NCBI GenBank assembly: GCA_963751275.1
Contig: CAVVTZ010000007.1
Coordinates: forward strand, 544,001-608,000
From: an uncultured Gemmatimonadaceae bacterium
GTDB lineage: Bacteria; Gemmatimonadota; Gemmatimonadetes; Gemmatimonadales; Gemmatimonadaceae
Length of the DNA stretch: 64,000 nucleotides
Direction of reading: 5' to 3'
Each line of letters starts with the position of its first letter. Position 1 is the first letter of the stretch. A program made the translations under genes and the position numbers. Below, piece after piece: positions 35,459-46,063 of the stretch. The notes beneath the pieces are model-generated. The model was not told where the DNA came from and searched no databases. It saw only the letters and a program-made list of their open reading frames with translations.

Positions 35459-37413
35459 GCCGCATCTGGACGCTGGTAGGGATCGCCGTGGTGACGCTGG
35501 GCTTCAAAATGCCCGCTCCCATCGACGCAACGACTGATGCAGCCAAGGGCGGCGAGGTCCGCGCTCTCAGCATCGTTCCCGCTTCGGGTCGCGCCGAAGT
35601 GGTCATCGCCGTGGACGGCTCCGTCGACGTCTCGGATTTTGCGCTCGCCTCACCGGCCCGCATCATCCTCGACCTCAAGGGCGCCACGTTCACCGGCTCC
35701 TCGCGCCTCTACGACAAGATCCCGCGCGGCGGCATCACGAACGTCCGCATCGCGCAGTACCGCGACGACGTCGTACGCGTGGTGATCGAGCTCGATGGCG
35801 ATCACAAGTACACCGTGAAGCGCGACGCCGACGATGTGCGCCTCACCATCGATGGCGTCTCGGCCGGCAGCTTCGGCGCGTGGGCCACCACGCCGTCGAT
35901 CGCCGCGGCCCCCGCGGCCGACTACGCCGCCGGTGGCAGCGACCGCATCCTCCGCGGGCACGCGAACGTGAAGGCCGCCCGCCAGACCGCCTTCGTCTCG
36001 AGCTCCTCCCAGCCGCGCATCACCGTCACCTACGTCGATGCCGACATCCGTGACGTCATCGCCGCCTTCGCCCTCTTCTCCGGCCGCACGATCGTCGTCG
36101 GCAAGGGCGTGACCGGAACGGTCACCGCCGAAGTGCGCGACCAGCCGTGGGACGTCGCCCTCCGCGCCATCCTGCAGTCGCAGGGCCTGGCCGCGAAGGA
36201 GGACGCCGACGGCATCATCACGGTCGACTCCTTCGACAATCTCGGCAAGCAGCAGGCGTCCGAGCCGCTCACCACGCAGATGATCTCGCTCAACTATGCG
36301 CGCGCGGCCTCGCTCGTCCCTTCGGTGAAGGGCCTCCTCTCCAAGGAGTGCGCGGGCCTCGGCTACGGCGGCGCCAACGCCGGCACCGTGCAGAACAGCC
36401 CGGGCTATGGCAATTCCGGCTGCACCTCGCGCGGCGACGTCTCCTTCGATTCGGCCTCCAACCGGCTGATCGTGACCGACGTCGGCTCGCGCCTGCTCGA
36501 CATGATCAACTACATCCGCGACCTCGACATCCGTACGCCGCAGGTCGCGATCAAGGCCAAGATCATCGAGGTCGACCGCACGAGCATTCAGGACATCGGC
36601 GTCTCGTACGACCTCGGAACGGCCAACACGTTCTTCAACAAGCTCGTGCAGCGCCCCGATCCGACCACCTTCCAGCCGGTGGACTCGAACGGCGACGGCG
36701 TACCCGACGGCGTCTCGGCCAAGGGCTACCCGACCAACCAGACGGTCGTGGACATCGGCGGCAATTCGCTCGCCATGATCACCAACGCCAACCAGCGCGT
36801 GGTGAATCCGGCGCTGCAGCTGCTCTTCACCACCACGATCGGCAAGTTCAACCTCACGACCTTCATCGACGCACTCCAGGAAACGCGGCTCGCCGACGTC
36901 CAGGCGGAGCCGAGCGTCGTGACGCTCGACAACAAGAAGGCCGAGATCATGTCCGGCCAGGAGATCCCGATCCGTATCGTCGACGTCGGATCGCTGACGA
37001 CCGGCGGTGCGGTCGCGACGGCGCCGCGTTCGACGGTCGCGTACAAGGAGACCGGTATCATCCTCACGGTCACGCCGCACATCACGAACAACCGCCAGGT
37101 GCTGCTGACCGTGCACGCCGAGCGTTCCACCGTGACGCCGGCGTCGGCCGACCTCGGCTACGTGATCGACAAACAGCGCGCCGACAACGAAGTGCTCGTC
37201 GGCGATGGCGAGACCGCGGTCATCGGCGGCCTCACCGATTCGCACGTCCTGCAGGACAAGACCGGCATCCCGATCCTCGTCGACCTGCCGTTCATCGGCA
37301 AGCTCTTCGGCGAGACGCGCACGGAAGAGACGAAGAACGACCTGATCATCCTGATCACGCCGCACATCGTGGATGAAGGCGAGGCGCTTGGCCCGCCGAG
37401 CTCCAACCCGTAA
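35455..37413 (+). CDS. pilQ: Type IV pilus secretin PilQ (AMIN + secretin)
   Basis: AMIN-like PARIILDL..VRVVIEL, DQPWDVAL, PQVAIKAKIIE, ETGIILTVTPHI, GETAVIGGL, GIPILVDLPFIGKLF, LIILITPHI. Confidence 0.95.
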   Translation: MSRIWTLVGIAVVTLGFKMPAPIDATTDAAKGGEVRALSIVPASGRAEVVIAVDGSVDVSDFALASPARIILDLKGATFTGSSRLYDKIPRGGITNVRIAQYRDDVVRVVIELDGDHKYTVKRDADDVRLTIDGVSAGSFGAWATTPSIAAAPAADYAAGGSDRILRGHANVKAARQTAFVSSSSQPRITVTYVDADIRDVIAAFALFSGRTIVVGKGVTGTVTAEVRDQPWDVALRAILQSQGLAAKEDADGIITVDSFDNLGKQQASEPLTTQMISLNYARAASLVPSVKGLLSKECAGLGYGGANAGTVQNSPGYGNSGCTSRGDVSFDSASNRLIVTDVGSRLLDMINYIRDLDIRTPQVAIKAKIIEVDRTSIQDIGVSYDLGTANTFFNKLVQRPDPTTFQPVDSNGDGVPDGVSAKGYPTNQTVVDIGGNSLAMITNANQRVVNPALQLLFTTTIGKFNLTTFIDALQETRLADVQAEPSVVTLDNKKAEIMSGQEIPIRIVDVGSLTTGGAVATAPRSTVAYKETGIILTVTPHITNNRQVLLTVHAERSTVTPASADLGYVIDKQRADNEVLVGDGETAVIGGLTDSHVLQDKTGIPILVDLPFIGKLFGETRTEETKNDLIILITPHIVDEGEALGPPSSNP

Positions 37414-37454
37414 GCCAGCCGCCCCCCCCGGTGAGACTTCCTATGATGCTGTCC

Positions 37455-39929
37455 ATGGACACGCGCACCCTCGCTTCCGGCCGCCCTCGCGCCGCCCGCC
37501 TCGCGGCGGCGGTCGCGCTCGCGATCACGCTCGCGAGCTGCGTCTCGAGCGATGCCACGAACGGGCTGAGCGACAAGAACCCGCCCACGGTGAGTCTCTC
37601 GCCGGGCGCGGTCACCGACTCGTCGATGGCCTTCACGATCTCGGCCACCGACAACCTCGGCCTCCTCCACGTGGACGCCGTCGCCGGCTCCGCCGCGGGC
37701 GGACTCGCGGCCGTGTGCGACACGACGTTCAACACCGCCGTCACCACCTTCTCGCGGATCTGCACGATCGCGGTGCCGGCGACGGTCCCGATCGGCACGC
37801 AAGTCACGATCCTCGGCCAGTCGGTGGACGGTGCGCACAACATCTCGGTCGTGGACACGCTGCTCATGGTCACCGGCGGCGGCAGCCCGTCCGTCGTGCG
37901 GTTCACGGCGCCGAAGATTGGTGACAGCGCGGTGGTCGGTTCGGCCATCGCGATGTCGATCAGCGGCAAGTCCGGCCTCAAGGTGAAGACCCTGGGCTGG
38001 ATCGTGCAGCAGGCGAGCGGCACGTTCAATCCCGCGAAGCGCGATTCCGTGATCTTCAACAGCCCGCTCAAGGATTCCACGGGCGTCGATTCGTCGATCA
38101 GCTTCGTCGGCGCCGTCGCGGGCCCCGCGACCGCCACGCCGTTCATGTATGATTCGATCGGCACGCTCTATCTCGGGCCCCCGGTAACGCTGACCGTGCT
38201 CACGACGGGCGGCACGGGTACGATCCCGGTGGTCGACTTCGGCATCACCAAGCGCATCGAGACCACCGACACGATCCACGTCACCGCGAAGGATCTCGCC
38301 GGTGTCCAGTGGATGGGCTACAAGATCACCACCATGCCGCCGGCGAATGCGCTCGTCGCGTCGGAATCGGTGTTCGTCGCCGGCAGCGTCACCTCGGCGA
38401 TCCATACGTTCAATCTGGCGCTCCCGGTCACGGTCTTCCCGACCTCGGTGCGGGTGATGGCGTTCGCCACGAACGCCAACGGGCGGCAGGACTCGGCGCG
38501 CGTTCCGGTGGGGACCACCGGGTTCGTACGCTTCGACACCGTCACGGTCGTGGCCGGCCTCACGCGGCCGCTGCCGAACGGCGGTCTGATCGCCGACGGA
38601 CTCTATCATCCGCCCACGAACCGGATCTATCTCACGAACATCCAGCGCAATGAGCTTGACGTCTTCGACCTCGGCGACTCGACCTTCCACCCGGCCATCC
38701 CGGTCGGCTTCCAGCCGTGGGGCATCACGGCCTGGCCGCTGGATCATGGCGCGGGCGGCAACCCGGGCACCATGTCGGACACGCTGCTCGTCGCGCTCTC
38801 CGGCGCCACGCACATCAGCTACGTGGACGTCAATGCCGGCGCCGAGTTCCGGCGCTACGCGCTGCCGAACATCGTCGCGTACAAAGTGACCTCGACGCTC
38901 AACGCCAACGGCCAGATCGTCGAGACCCGCACGGTCTACGACTTCAGCGACCGGCCCCAGTACGTCGCGGCGACGTGCAAGGGCCTCGGCCTCTGCGGCG
39001 ATGTTCTGCTGGCGTACTCCACGACGCCGACCCCCGGGCAGACTCTCCCCTTCCCGAACCAGGGAACCATTCGTTGGGAGGATCTGAGCAACCAGACCTC
39101 GCACTTCTTCTTCGAACAGTCGATCGGTCAGCTCGGCAATGGCTCCATCGACACGCTCGAGATCGAGCGGTTCCCCTCGTCCGGCTACGGCTCTCACGTG
39201 TTCCTCGTGCCGTTCCGCCAGGGTCCGTTCATCACGGGCCCCGATACGTCCTACTTCTCGATCCAATTCCGGGTGAACGAGCTTGGTTTCCGCGACACGA
39301 CCTTTACGCGCAACTCGGGCAACTTCGCGCACGCCGTGTTCGGTGAGGGCGGACAGATCGGCGGCGGCGGGAACCTCACGAATGCGCGCGCGCTCACGTA
39401 CGATGTCAATCCGGGGCTGATCCCGACCTTCACGGACAAGGGACACACCTACGCGCTCCCCGTACCGGTGATCGACGCCGGGATCTCGGCGCCGACGGAC
39501 GTCCTCGACTTCATCGCCAACACCTCCACCAGGGTGACGGGCGTCGCAGCCAACCTCGATGGTCTCACCAACGCGATCCGAGCCGACTCGACCTACATGG
39601 TCAATGCCACGCTCCGCCTCACCGGTATGCTGCAGACCTCCGGCGGCAATGATGGTATCGACTTCCATCCCAAGAACTTCGGCGAGCCGCGCCCCGGCGC
39701 GACCGGCGGCACCCAGATGATGTTCTCAGCGTCCACGCAGCCGCAGATCGAGGTGTACAATACGAACAACGGCCAGCGCTGCATGCTCGTGCCCACGCGC
39801 GATCCGGTGATCGGCCCGATCAAGTCGGCGCTCCTCGCCGGCGGCAACACGGTGGTCGTGGGTGCCACGCAGTTCGGTGTCGTGATCATCACGATCCCGC
39901 AGGCGCAGATGGCGGCGGCCTGCCCGTAA
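37455..39929 (+). CDS. Large Thr-rich lipoprotein (Ig-like repeats plus probable beta-propeller)
   Basis: Lipobox TLASC, DKNPPTV and SATDNLGL (Ig-like), RIYLTNIQRNELDV and IPVGFQPWGI (YVTN-like propeller). The start could also be 37431 or 37443. Confidence 0.78.
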   Translation: MDTRTLASGRPRAARLAAAVALAITLASCVSSDATNGLSDKNPPTVSLSPGAVTDSSMAFTISATDNLGLLHVDAVAGSAAGGLAAVCDTTFNTAVTTFSRICTIAVPATVPIGTQVTILGQSVDGAHNISVVDTLLMVTGGGSPSVVRFTAPKIGDSAVVGSAIAMSISGKSGLKVKTLGWIVQQASGTFNPAKRDSVIFNSPLKDSTGVDSSISFVGAVAGPATATPFMYDSIGTLYLGPPVTLTVLTTGGTGTIPVVDFGITKRIETTDTIHVTAKDLAGVQWMGYKITTMPPANALVASESVFVAGSVTSAIHTFNLALPVTVFPTSVRVMAFATNANGRQDSARVPVGTTGFVRFDTVTVVAGLTRPLPNGGLIADGLYHPPTNRIYLTNIQRNELDVFDLGDSTFHPAIPVGFQPWGITAWPLDHGAGGNPGTMSDTLLVALSGATHISYVDVNAGAEFRRYALPNIVAYKVTSTLNANGQIVETRTVYDFSDRPQYVAATCKGLGLCGDVLLAYSTTPTPGQTLPFPNQGTIRWEDLSNQTSHFFFEQSIGQLGNGSIDTLEIERFPSSGYGSHVFLVPFRQGPFITGPDTSYFSIQFRVNELGFRDTTFTRNSGNFAHAVFGEGGQIGGGGNLTNARALTYDVNPGLIPTFTDKGHTYALPVPVIDAGISAPTDVLDFIANTSTRVTGVAANLDGLTNAIRADSTYMVNATLRLTGMLQTSGGNDGIDFHPKNFGEPRPGATGGTQMMFSASTQPQIEVYNTNNGQRCMLVPTRDPVIGPIKSALLAGGNTVVVGATQFGVVIITIPQAQMAAACP

Positions 39930-39945
39930 ACACTCGCTCCTGTTA

Positions 39946-39995
39946 GAAACGGGACCCGCCCGGCGCACCGTTCGCGCCGGGCGGGTTTCGTTTTC
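39946..39995 (+). terminator. Rho-independent terminator
   Basis: Stem ACCCGCCCGGCGC (39954-39966) / GCGCCGGGCGGGT (39974-39986), followed by TTCGTTTT. Confidence 0.8.
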
Positions 39996-40019
39996 CCCTC
40001 CCGCGCGTAGCTTAACCGC

Positions 40020-41218
40020 ATGCTCCGATTCACCACCGCCGGCGAGTCGCACGGCCCCGCGCTGCTCGCGATCCTCGAGGGGATGCCCGCGGGCCTCCCC
40101 CTGCTCGCCGCCGACGTGGACGCCGATCTGGAGCGCCGCCAGCAGGGCTACGGCCGCGGCCGCCGCATGCAGATCGAGCGCGACACGGTGGAGTTCCTCG
40201 CGGGCGTGCGCGCCGGCTTCACGCTCGGCACGCCCATCGCGATGCGCATCGCGAACCTCGACTGGAAGAACTGGCAGGAGATCATGGACCCGGCCCCGCG
40301 CGAGGGGGATCCCGCGCCGCGCAAACGCGCCGTCACGCGCGCACGCCCTGGCCACATCGATCTCAGCGGGATGCTCAAGTACGACCGCACCGACGGCCGC
40401 GATCTGCTCGAGCGCGCCTCCGCGCGCGAGACCGCCTCGCGCACCGCCGCCGGCGCCGTCTGCCGCCGATTCCTGCGCGAGTTCGGCATTTCCGTCGCCA
40501 GCCACGTCGTGCACCTGGGCGGCATCGACGCGCGCCGCCCCGATCCGCTCCCGGCCGATCTCAACGCCGCCGCCGACAAGTCGCCCCTCCGCACGCTCGA
40601 CGCCGACGCCGAGCGCGCGATGACCGCCGCCATCGACGCCGCGAAGAAAGAAGGCAACACGCTCGGCGGCATGTCGAGGTGATCTGCGACGGCGCGCCGG
40701 TCGGCCTCGGTTCGCACGTGAGCTGGGATACAAAGCTCGACGCCCGCCTCGCCGCCGCGATCATGTCGATCCCCGCGGTGAAGGGCGTCGAGATCGGCCC
40801 CGGATTCGAGAACGCGCGCCGCACCGGCGCCGAGGTGCACGACGAGATCTCGCTCGCGCCCGGCCGCGCGCGCACCGGCAACGTGCAGCGCCGCACCAAC
40901 CGCGCCGGCGGCCTCGAGGCCGGCGTCACCAACGGCGAGCCGCTCGTCATCCACGCGGCCATGAAGCCGATCAGCACGCTCATGCGCCCCCTCGCCACGA
41001 TCGACCTCGCCACCGGCGAACCCGCGCAGGCGGTGGCCGAGCGCAGCGACGTGACCGCCGTGCCCGCGATGGGCGTGATCGCGGAAGCGATGACCGCATT
41101 CATCGTCGCGCAGGCGATGCTCGAGAAGTTCGGCGGCGACTCGCTCGGCGAGACGCGCCGCAATTACGATGGCTACCTCGCGCACATTGCCACTCGGATC
41201 GGACCCGCCAGGCGCTGA
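40020..41218 (+). CDS. aroC: Chorismate synthase (apparent frameshift near 40672)
   Basis: [67 protein letters not shown]. Confidence 0.95.
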
Positions 41219-41736
41219 TCGCCACCTCGTTCTGGTCGGGCTGCCGGGCGTCGGAAAGTCCTCGGCCGCGCGGCGCGCGGCGCGCCGGCTCGGCCGAACG
41301 TTCATCGATTTCGACACCGAGATCGAATCGCGCGAACAGATGTCCATCGACCGCATCTTCGCCGAGAAGGGCGAAGCGTACTTCCGCGCCTGCGAACTCG
41401 CGCTCACGCGGGATCTCGCGCAGCGCAGCGGCCTGGTGCTCGCGCCGGGCGGCGGCTGGGTCACCACGCCCGAGGCGGTGGCGCTCCTCCGCCCGCGCTC
41501 GCTGCTCATCTGATCTGCGCATGCGGCCCGAGATCGCGCTCTCCCGCGTGCGTCGCGCGAAGCGGCAGCGCCCGTTGTTGCTCACCGCGGATCCGCTTGC
41601 GACGATGCGGCGCTTGCTCGCCGAGCGCGAGTCCGCGTACCTCTCGGCGGACCACGTTCTCGATGTGGGCGCGATGACGCCGGCGGCGCTGGTGGCCGAG
41701 ATCGTGCGCCTTGCCGGAGCCGGGCCCGCCCGCTAG
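41187..41736 (+). CDS. aroK: Shikimate kinase (apparent frameshift near 41512; start uncertain)
   Basis: [31 protein letters not shown] and RESAY lie in the shifted frame. Confidence 0.88.
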
Positions 41737-41902
41737 CTTGGGCGCCTACTTGACGGCCCTACTATACTATTGCACTTCACAGGCCGACGGGGCGCCGAAC
41801 AGTGCTTCGACGGGCAACGTTCCGGTTACAACGGGCAGGCTGGGGTGTCCAATCCTTCGACCGGCTCGATACCGACTTCCGACCGCCAACGGTCGAGGCT
41901 GA

Positions 41903-42139
41903 ATGACTTTCCGAGTGCTCGGTCCCCACGAACGGGGACGATTCGCCCCCGAAGCATGGGGCCACCTGATGACGCTCTCCGGCGCCGGACTCATTAGCGC
42001 CGACGAGATGGAGTCGCTCATCGAGCGCGCGCTCTCGCAGATCGAAGGCCGCATCGCGCTCGATGATCTTCGCGCGCTCATGGAAGGCGTCGGCTACATC
42101 GACGATGGCCTGGGCGGCGACAACGTGACGGTGCACTGA
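41903..42139 (+). CDS. smg: Smg/DUF494-like protein (C-terminal part only)
   Basis: FRVLGPHE..F.PEAWGHL..L...GLI....ESLIERAL...IALDDL..TVH resembles the DUF494 C-terminal half. Located directly upstream of topA. Confidence 0.65.
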   Translation: MTFRVLGPHERGRFAPEAWGHLMTLSGAGLISADEMESLIERALSQIEGRIALDDLRALMEGVGYIDDGLGGDNVTVH

Positions 42140-42141
42140 TC

Positions 42142-44671
42142 GTGGCGACCAAGAAGAAAGCCCCAGCCAAGAAGGTCGCGGCCGCGAAGAAGAAAGCGCC
42201 CGCGAAGAAGGTCGCGCCGGTGAAGAAGGCCGCGCCCGTGAAGAAGCCCATCGCCGCTCGGCCCTCGGCCATCGTCACGGCGAAGAGGCCGTCGAAGGTG
42301 GCGGAAGCCGTCGCCGCGCCGGCGAAGAAGGGCAAGAAGGCGGGCCCGATGGCCGAGAGCCGGGAGCCGACGTCCGACGTCGACTTCTCGACCTACCAGA
42401 ACAAGCGATTGGTCATCGTCGAGTCGCCCGCCAAGGCGAAGACCATCGGGAAATACCTCGGCAACGACTACCGCGTGCGCGCCACCGTCGGCCACGTGCG
42501 CGATCTGCCCGAGAAGGGGCTCGGCATCGACATCGAGAACGGCTTCACGCCCAAGTACGTCCCCGTCCCCGGCAAGGAGAAGGTGCTCGACGAGCTGAAG
42601 GGCGCCGCGAAGGTCGCGTCGCACATCTACCTCGCCACCGACCCCGACCGCGAGGGCGAGGCGATCGCCTGGCACGTCGCCGAATCCATCAAGCAGACGA
42701 ACGGCGCGCCGGTGCAGCGCGTGCTCTTCCACGAGATCACGAAGGAAGCGGTGCAGCAGGCGATCAAGAAGGCCGGCAAGATCGACGACAAGAAGGTGAA
42801 CGCGCAGCAGGCGCGCCGCGTGCTCGACCGGCTCGTGGGCTACAAGGCCAGCCCGCTGCTCTGGAAGACCGTCAAGAAAGGATTGTCGGCCGGCCGCGTG
42901 CAGACCGTCGCGCTGCGGCTCATCGTCGAGCGCGAGCGCGAGATCCGCGCCTTCAAGCCGGTGGAATACTGGACCGTGGATGCGCTGCTCGAGAAGAACG
43001 GGCAGAAGTTCACCGCCAAGCTCCACCAGCTCGATGGCAAGAAGCCCGAGATCCACGACGGGGCCACCGCCAACGCGATCCTCACCGACCTCAAAGGGCG
43101 CAAGCACTTCCAGGTCACCGAGGTCCGCAAGCGCGAGCGTCGCAAGAATCCGTCGGCGCCCTTCACCACGAGCACGCTGCAGCAGGAAGGCGCGAAGAAG
43201 CTCAGCTTCGGCTCGCGGAAGACGATGCGCGTCGCGCAGGATCTCTACGAAGGCATCGAGCTGGGCAAGGAAGAAGGGCAGGTGGGTCTCATCACCTACA
43301 TGCGCACCGACTCCACGCGCGTGTCCCCCGCGGCGGCCGACCAGGCGCGCACCTTCCTCGCCGCGCAGTACGGCCAGGACTCGCTTGCCGCCGGCCCACA
43401 GCTGTTCGGCAAAGCCGACGCCAACACGCAGGACGCGCACGAAGCCGTGCGTCCCACCGATCCCGCGCGCCGGCCCGAGGACGTCAAGAAATTCCTCTCG
43501 CCCGAACAGTTCAAGCTCTATGAGCTGATCTGGAAGCGGTTCATGGCGTCGCAGATGGCGCCCGCCGTGTTCGACACTACCACAGTAGACTTCGACCTCA
43601 CTCGCTATCTGTTCCGCTCCACCGGCAGCGTCATCAAGTTCGAAGGCTTCCTTGCGCTCTACCGCGAGGCGCACGAGGAAGGGGAGGGACGCGCGCTCGA
43701 GGACGAGCAGGCGCTCCCGGTGCTCGAGGTGAAGGAGAACGTGCCGGTGCGCGAGATCACGCCGCACCAGCACTTCACCGAGCCGCCGCCGCGCTTCTCC
43801 GAGGCGAGTCTCGTGAAGGAGCTCGAACGGCTCGGCATCGGGCGGCCGTCCACCTACGCGAGCATCATCTCGGTGCTCGCCGACCGCCGCTACGTGCTGC
43901 TCGAACAGCGCCGCTTCTCCCCCACGCCGCTCGGCGAGACGGTGGAGAAGATCATGGTGCACCAGTTCCCCGACGTCTTCAACGTGGGGTTCACGTCGGA
44001 GATGGAGCAGGAGCTCGACAAGATCGAGGAAGGGCACCTGGGCTGGCAGCGCGTGCTCAAGGATTTCTGACGGCCCGTTCGCGATGTCGCTCGACAAGGC
44101 GACGTCGACCGACTCATCGCCGCGGCGCACGACCTCCAAGCAATTCGAGAACGAGCGCTGTCCGAAGTGCGGCGGCAAGCTCGTGGCCAAGGGCGGCATC
44201 TTCGGACCGTTCGTGGCGTGCGAGAACCGGCCGGCCACGTGCGATTACACGCGGCCGCTCGGCCGCGACCGCAAGCCCGGCGGAGACCGACGAGACTACG
44301 TGTGCCAGCTCTGCGGCAACGTCATGGTCATGCGCTCCGGGCGCTCCGGCGAATTCCTCGGCTGCAGCAAGTTCCCGAAGTGCCGCGGCACGCGCGCGCT
44401 GCCCGATCGGCGTGATGTGCCCGAAGGACGGCGGCGATCTGATCGCAGCGCCGCTCGAAGAAGGGCGGCCGCCCGTTCTACGGATGCGAGAACTATCCCA
44501 AGTGCGATTTCATTGCTGGAACAAGCCCGTGCTCGAGAAGTGCCCCGACTGCGGCAACATGGGCGCCGAGGTGAAGTCCACGAAGACGCGCGGCGAGTAC
44601 CGCAAGTGCCTCAAGTGCGGCAACGAGTGGGACGTCGCGGGTGAACCGGAGCCCGCCGCCGCCGCGAGCTA
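42142..44671 (+). CDS. topA: DNA topoisomerase I with N-terminal Lys/Ala-rich extension and C-terminal zinc ribbons (several apparent indels after 44068)
   Basis: LVIVESPAKAKTI, ATDPDREGEAI, SAGRVQT, ITYMRTDS (catalytic Tyr), GIGRPSTY, then CPKC, CQLC, CPKD and CPDC fragments. Confidence 0.95.
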
Positions 44672-44680
44672 GCGGCAGCT

Positions 44681-46063
44681 GTGGCAGGTAGCGCCAGTCG
44701 CCAGTCGACAGTCGACGTCCGTAGTGACGCGGTTCACGTAGTCGGCGGCGGCTTGGCCGGCTCCGAAGCATCCTGGCAACTTGCTGAGCGCGGGGTGAAG
44801 GTCGTTCTCCACGAGATGCGCCCCGCCGTCACCACCGAGGCGCACAAGACCGACCGCCTCGCCGAGCTCGTCTGCTCCAACACGTTCAAGAGCACCGAGA
44901 CCACGAACGCGCACGGCTTGCTCAAAGCCGAGATGCGCCGCCTGGGCTCTCTCATCCTCTGGGCCGCCGACCAGGCGCGCGTTCCCGGCGGCAGCGCGCT
45001 CGCGGTGGATCGCGAGATCTTCTCGCGGGCGGTGCACGACCGCATCGCCGCGCACTCGAACATCACGATCGAGCGCGGCGAAGTGACGGAGATCCGCTCG
45101 CCCGGCATCATCGCGACGGGCCCGCTCACCTCCGACGCGTTGGCCGACAAGATCCGCGCCCGCCTCGGCATCACGGCGCTCGCCTTCTACGATGCGATCG
45201 CGCCCGTGATCGCGCGCGATTCGATCGACGACGCGATCGTCTTCCGCGCCTCGCGCTACGGCAAGGAGACGATGGACGGCGCCGGCGACGAAGGCGCGTA
45301 CCTGAATTGCCCGATGTCGCGCGAACAGTACGAAGGCTTCCTCGACGCGCTGCTCGCCGCCGACAAGTACCAGGGCCACCAATTCGACGAGGTGCCGTAC
45401 TTCGAGGGCTGCATGCCGGTGGAGGAGATGGCATCGCGCGGCCGCGAGACGCTGCGCTTCGGCCCGCTCAAGCCCGTTGGCCTTCGCGATCCGCGCACCG
45501 GCAAGGATGCTTGCGCCGTGGTGCAGCTCCGCCAGGAGGACCGCGCCGGCCGCATGTGGAACCTCGTCGGCTTCCAGACGCGGCTCCGCACCGGCGAGCA
45601 GCAGCGCGTCTTCCGGATGATCCCCGGCCTCGCCAATGCGGAATTCCTGCGCTTCGGCTCCATCCACCGGAACTCCTACGTGAACACGCCGGCCGCGCTC
45701 ACGCCGGCGCTCACGCTGCGCGATGACCCGTGCGTCTTCCTCGCCGGACAGATCAGCGGCGTCGAGGGCTACACCGAGAGCAGCGCCACCGGACTCGTCG
45801 CCGGCATCAACCTCGCGCGCCGCCTCGCCGGTCTCGAGCCCGTGCTCCCGCCGCCCACGACGATGCTCGGCGCCCTCTACCGCTACCTGCGCGAGGCCGA
45901 CCCATTGCACTTCCAGCCGATGAACGCCAACTTCGGTCTCGTGGACGACCTCGAGCACCCTGAGCGCGACAAGCGGCGCAAGAAGGAATTGATGGCCGCG
46001 CGAGCTCTCGCGCACATCGAGTCGTGGATGGAAGCGAACGACTTGCACCCGGTCGCCGCATGA
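44681..46063 (+). CDS. trmFO: Methylenetetrahydrofolate-tRNA (uracil-5) methyltransferase
   Basis: VVGGGLAGSEA, AELVCSN, YFEGCMPVE, LRFGPLKPVGL, VGFQTRL, AGQISGVEGY, FQPMNANFG. Confidence 0.96.
   Translation: MAGSASRQSTVDVRSDAVHVVGGGLAGSEASWQLAERGVKVVLHEMRPAVTTEAHKTDRLAELVCSNTFKSTETTNAHGLLKAEMRRLGSLILWAADQARVPGGSALAVDREIFSRAVHDRIAAHSNITIERGEVTEIRSPGIIATGPLTSDALADKIRARLGITALAFYDAIAPVIARDSIDDAIVFRASRYGKETMDGAGDEGAYLNCPMSREQYEGFLDALLAADKYQGHQFDEVPYFEGCMPVEEMASRGRETLRFGPLKPVGLRDPRTGKDACAVVQLRQEDRAGRMWNLVGFQTRLRTGEQQRVFRMIPGLANAEFLRFGSIHRNSYVNTPAALTPALTLRDDPCVFLAGQISGVEGYTESSATGLVAGINLARRLAGLEPVLPPPTTMLGALYRYLREADPLHFQPMNANFGLVDDLEHPERDKRRKKELMAARALAHIESWMEANDLHPVAA

Noticed and set aside
41771..41902. 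Possible ncRNA or riboswitch in the smg-topA leader
   Set aside because: Only a short TCGACCG/CGGTCGA pairing is visible, with no recognisable family motif. An Rfam/Infernal scan would be needed.
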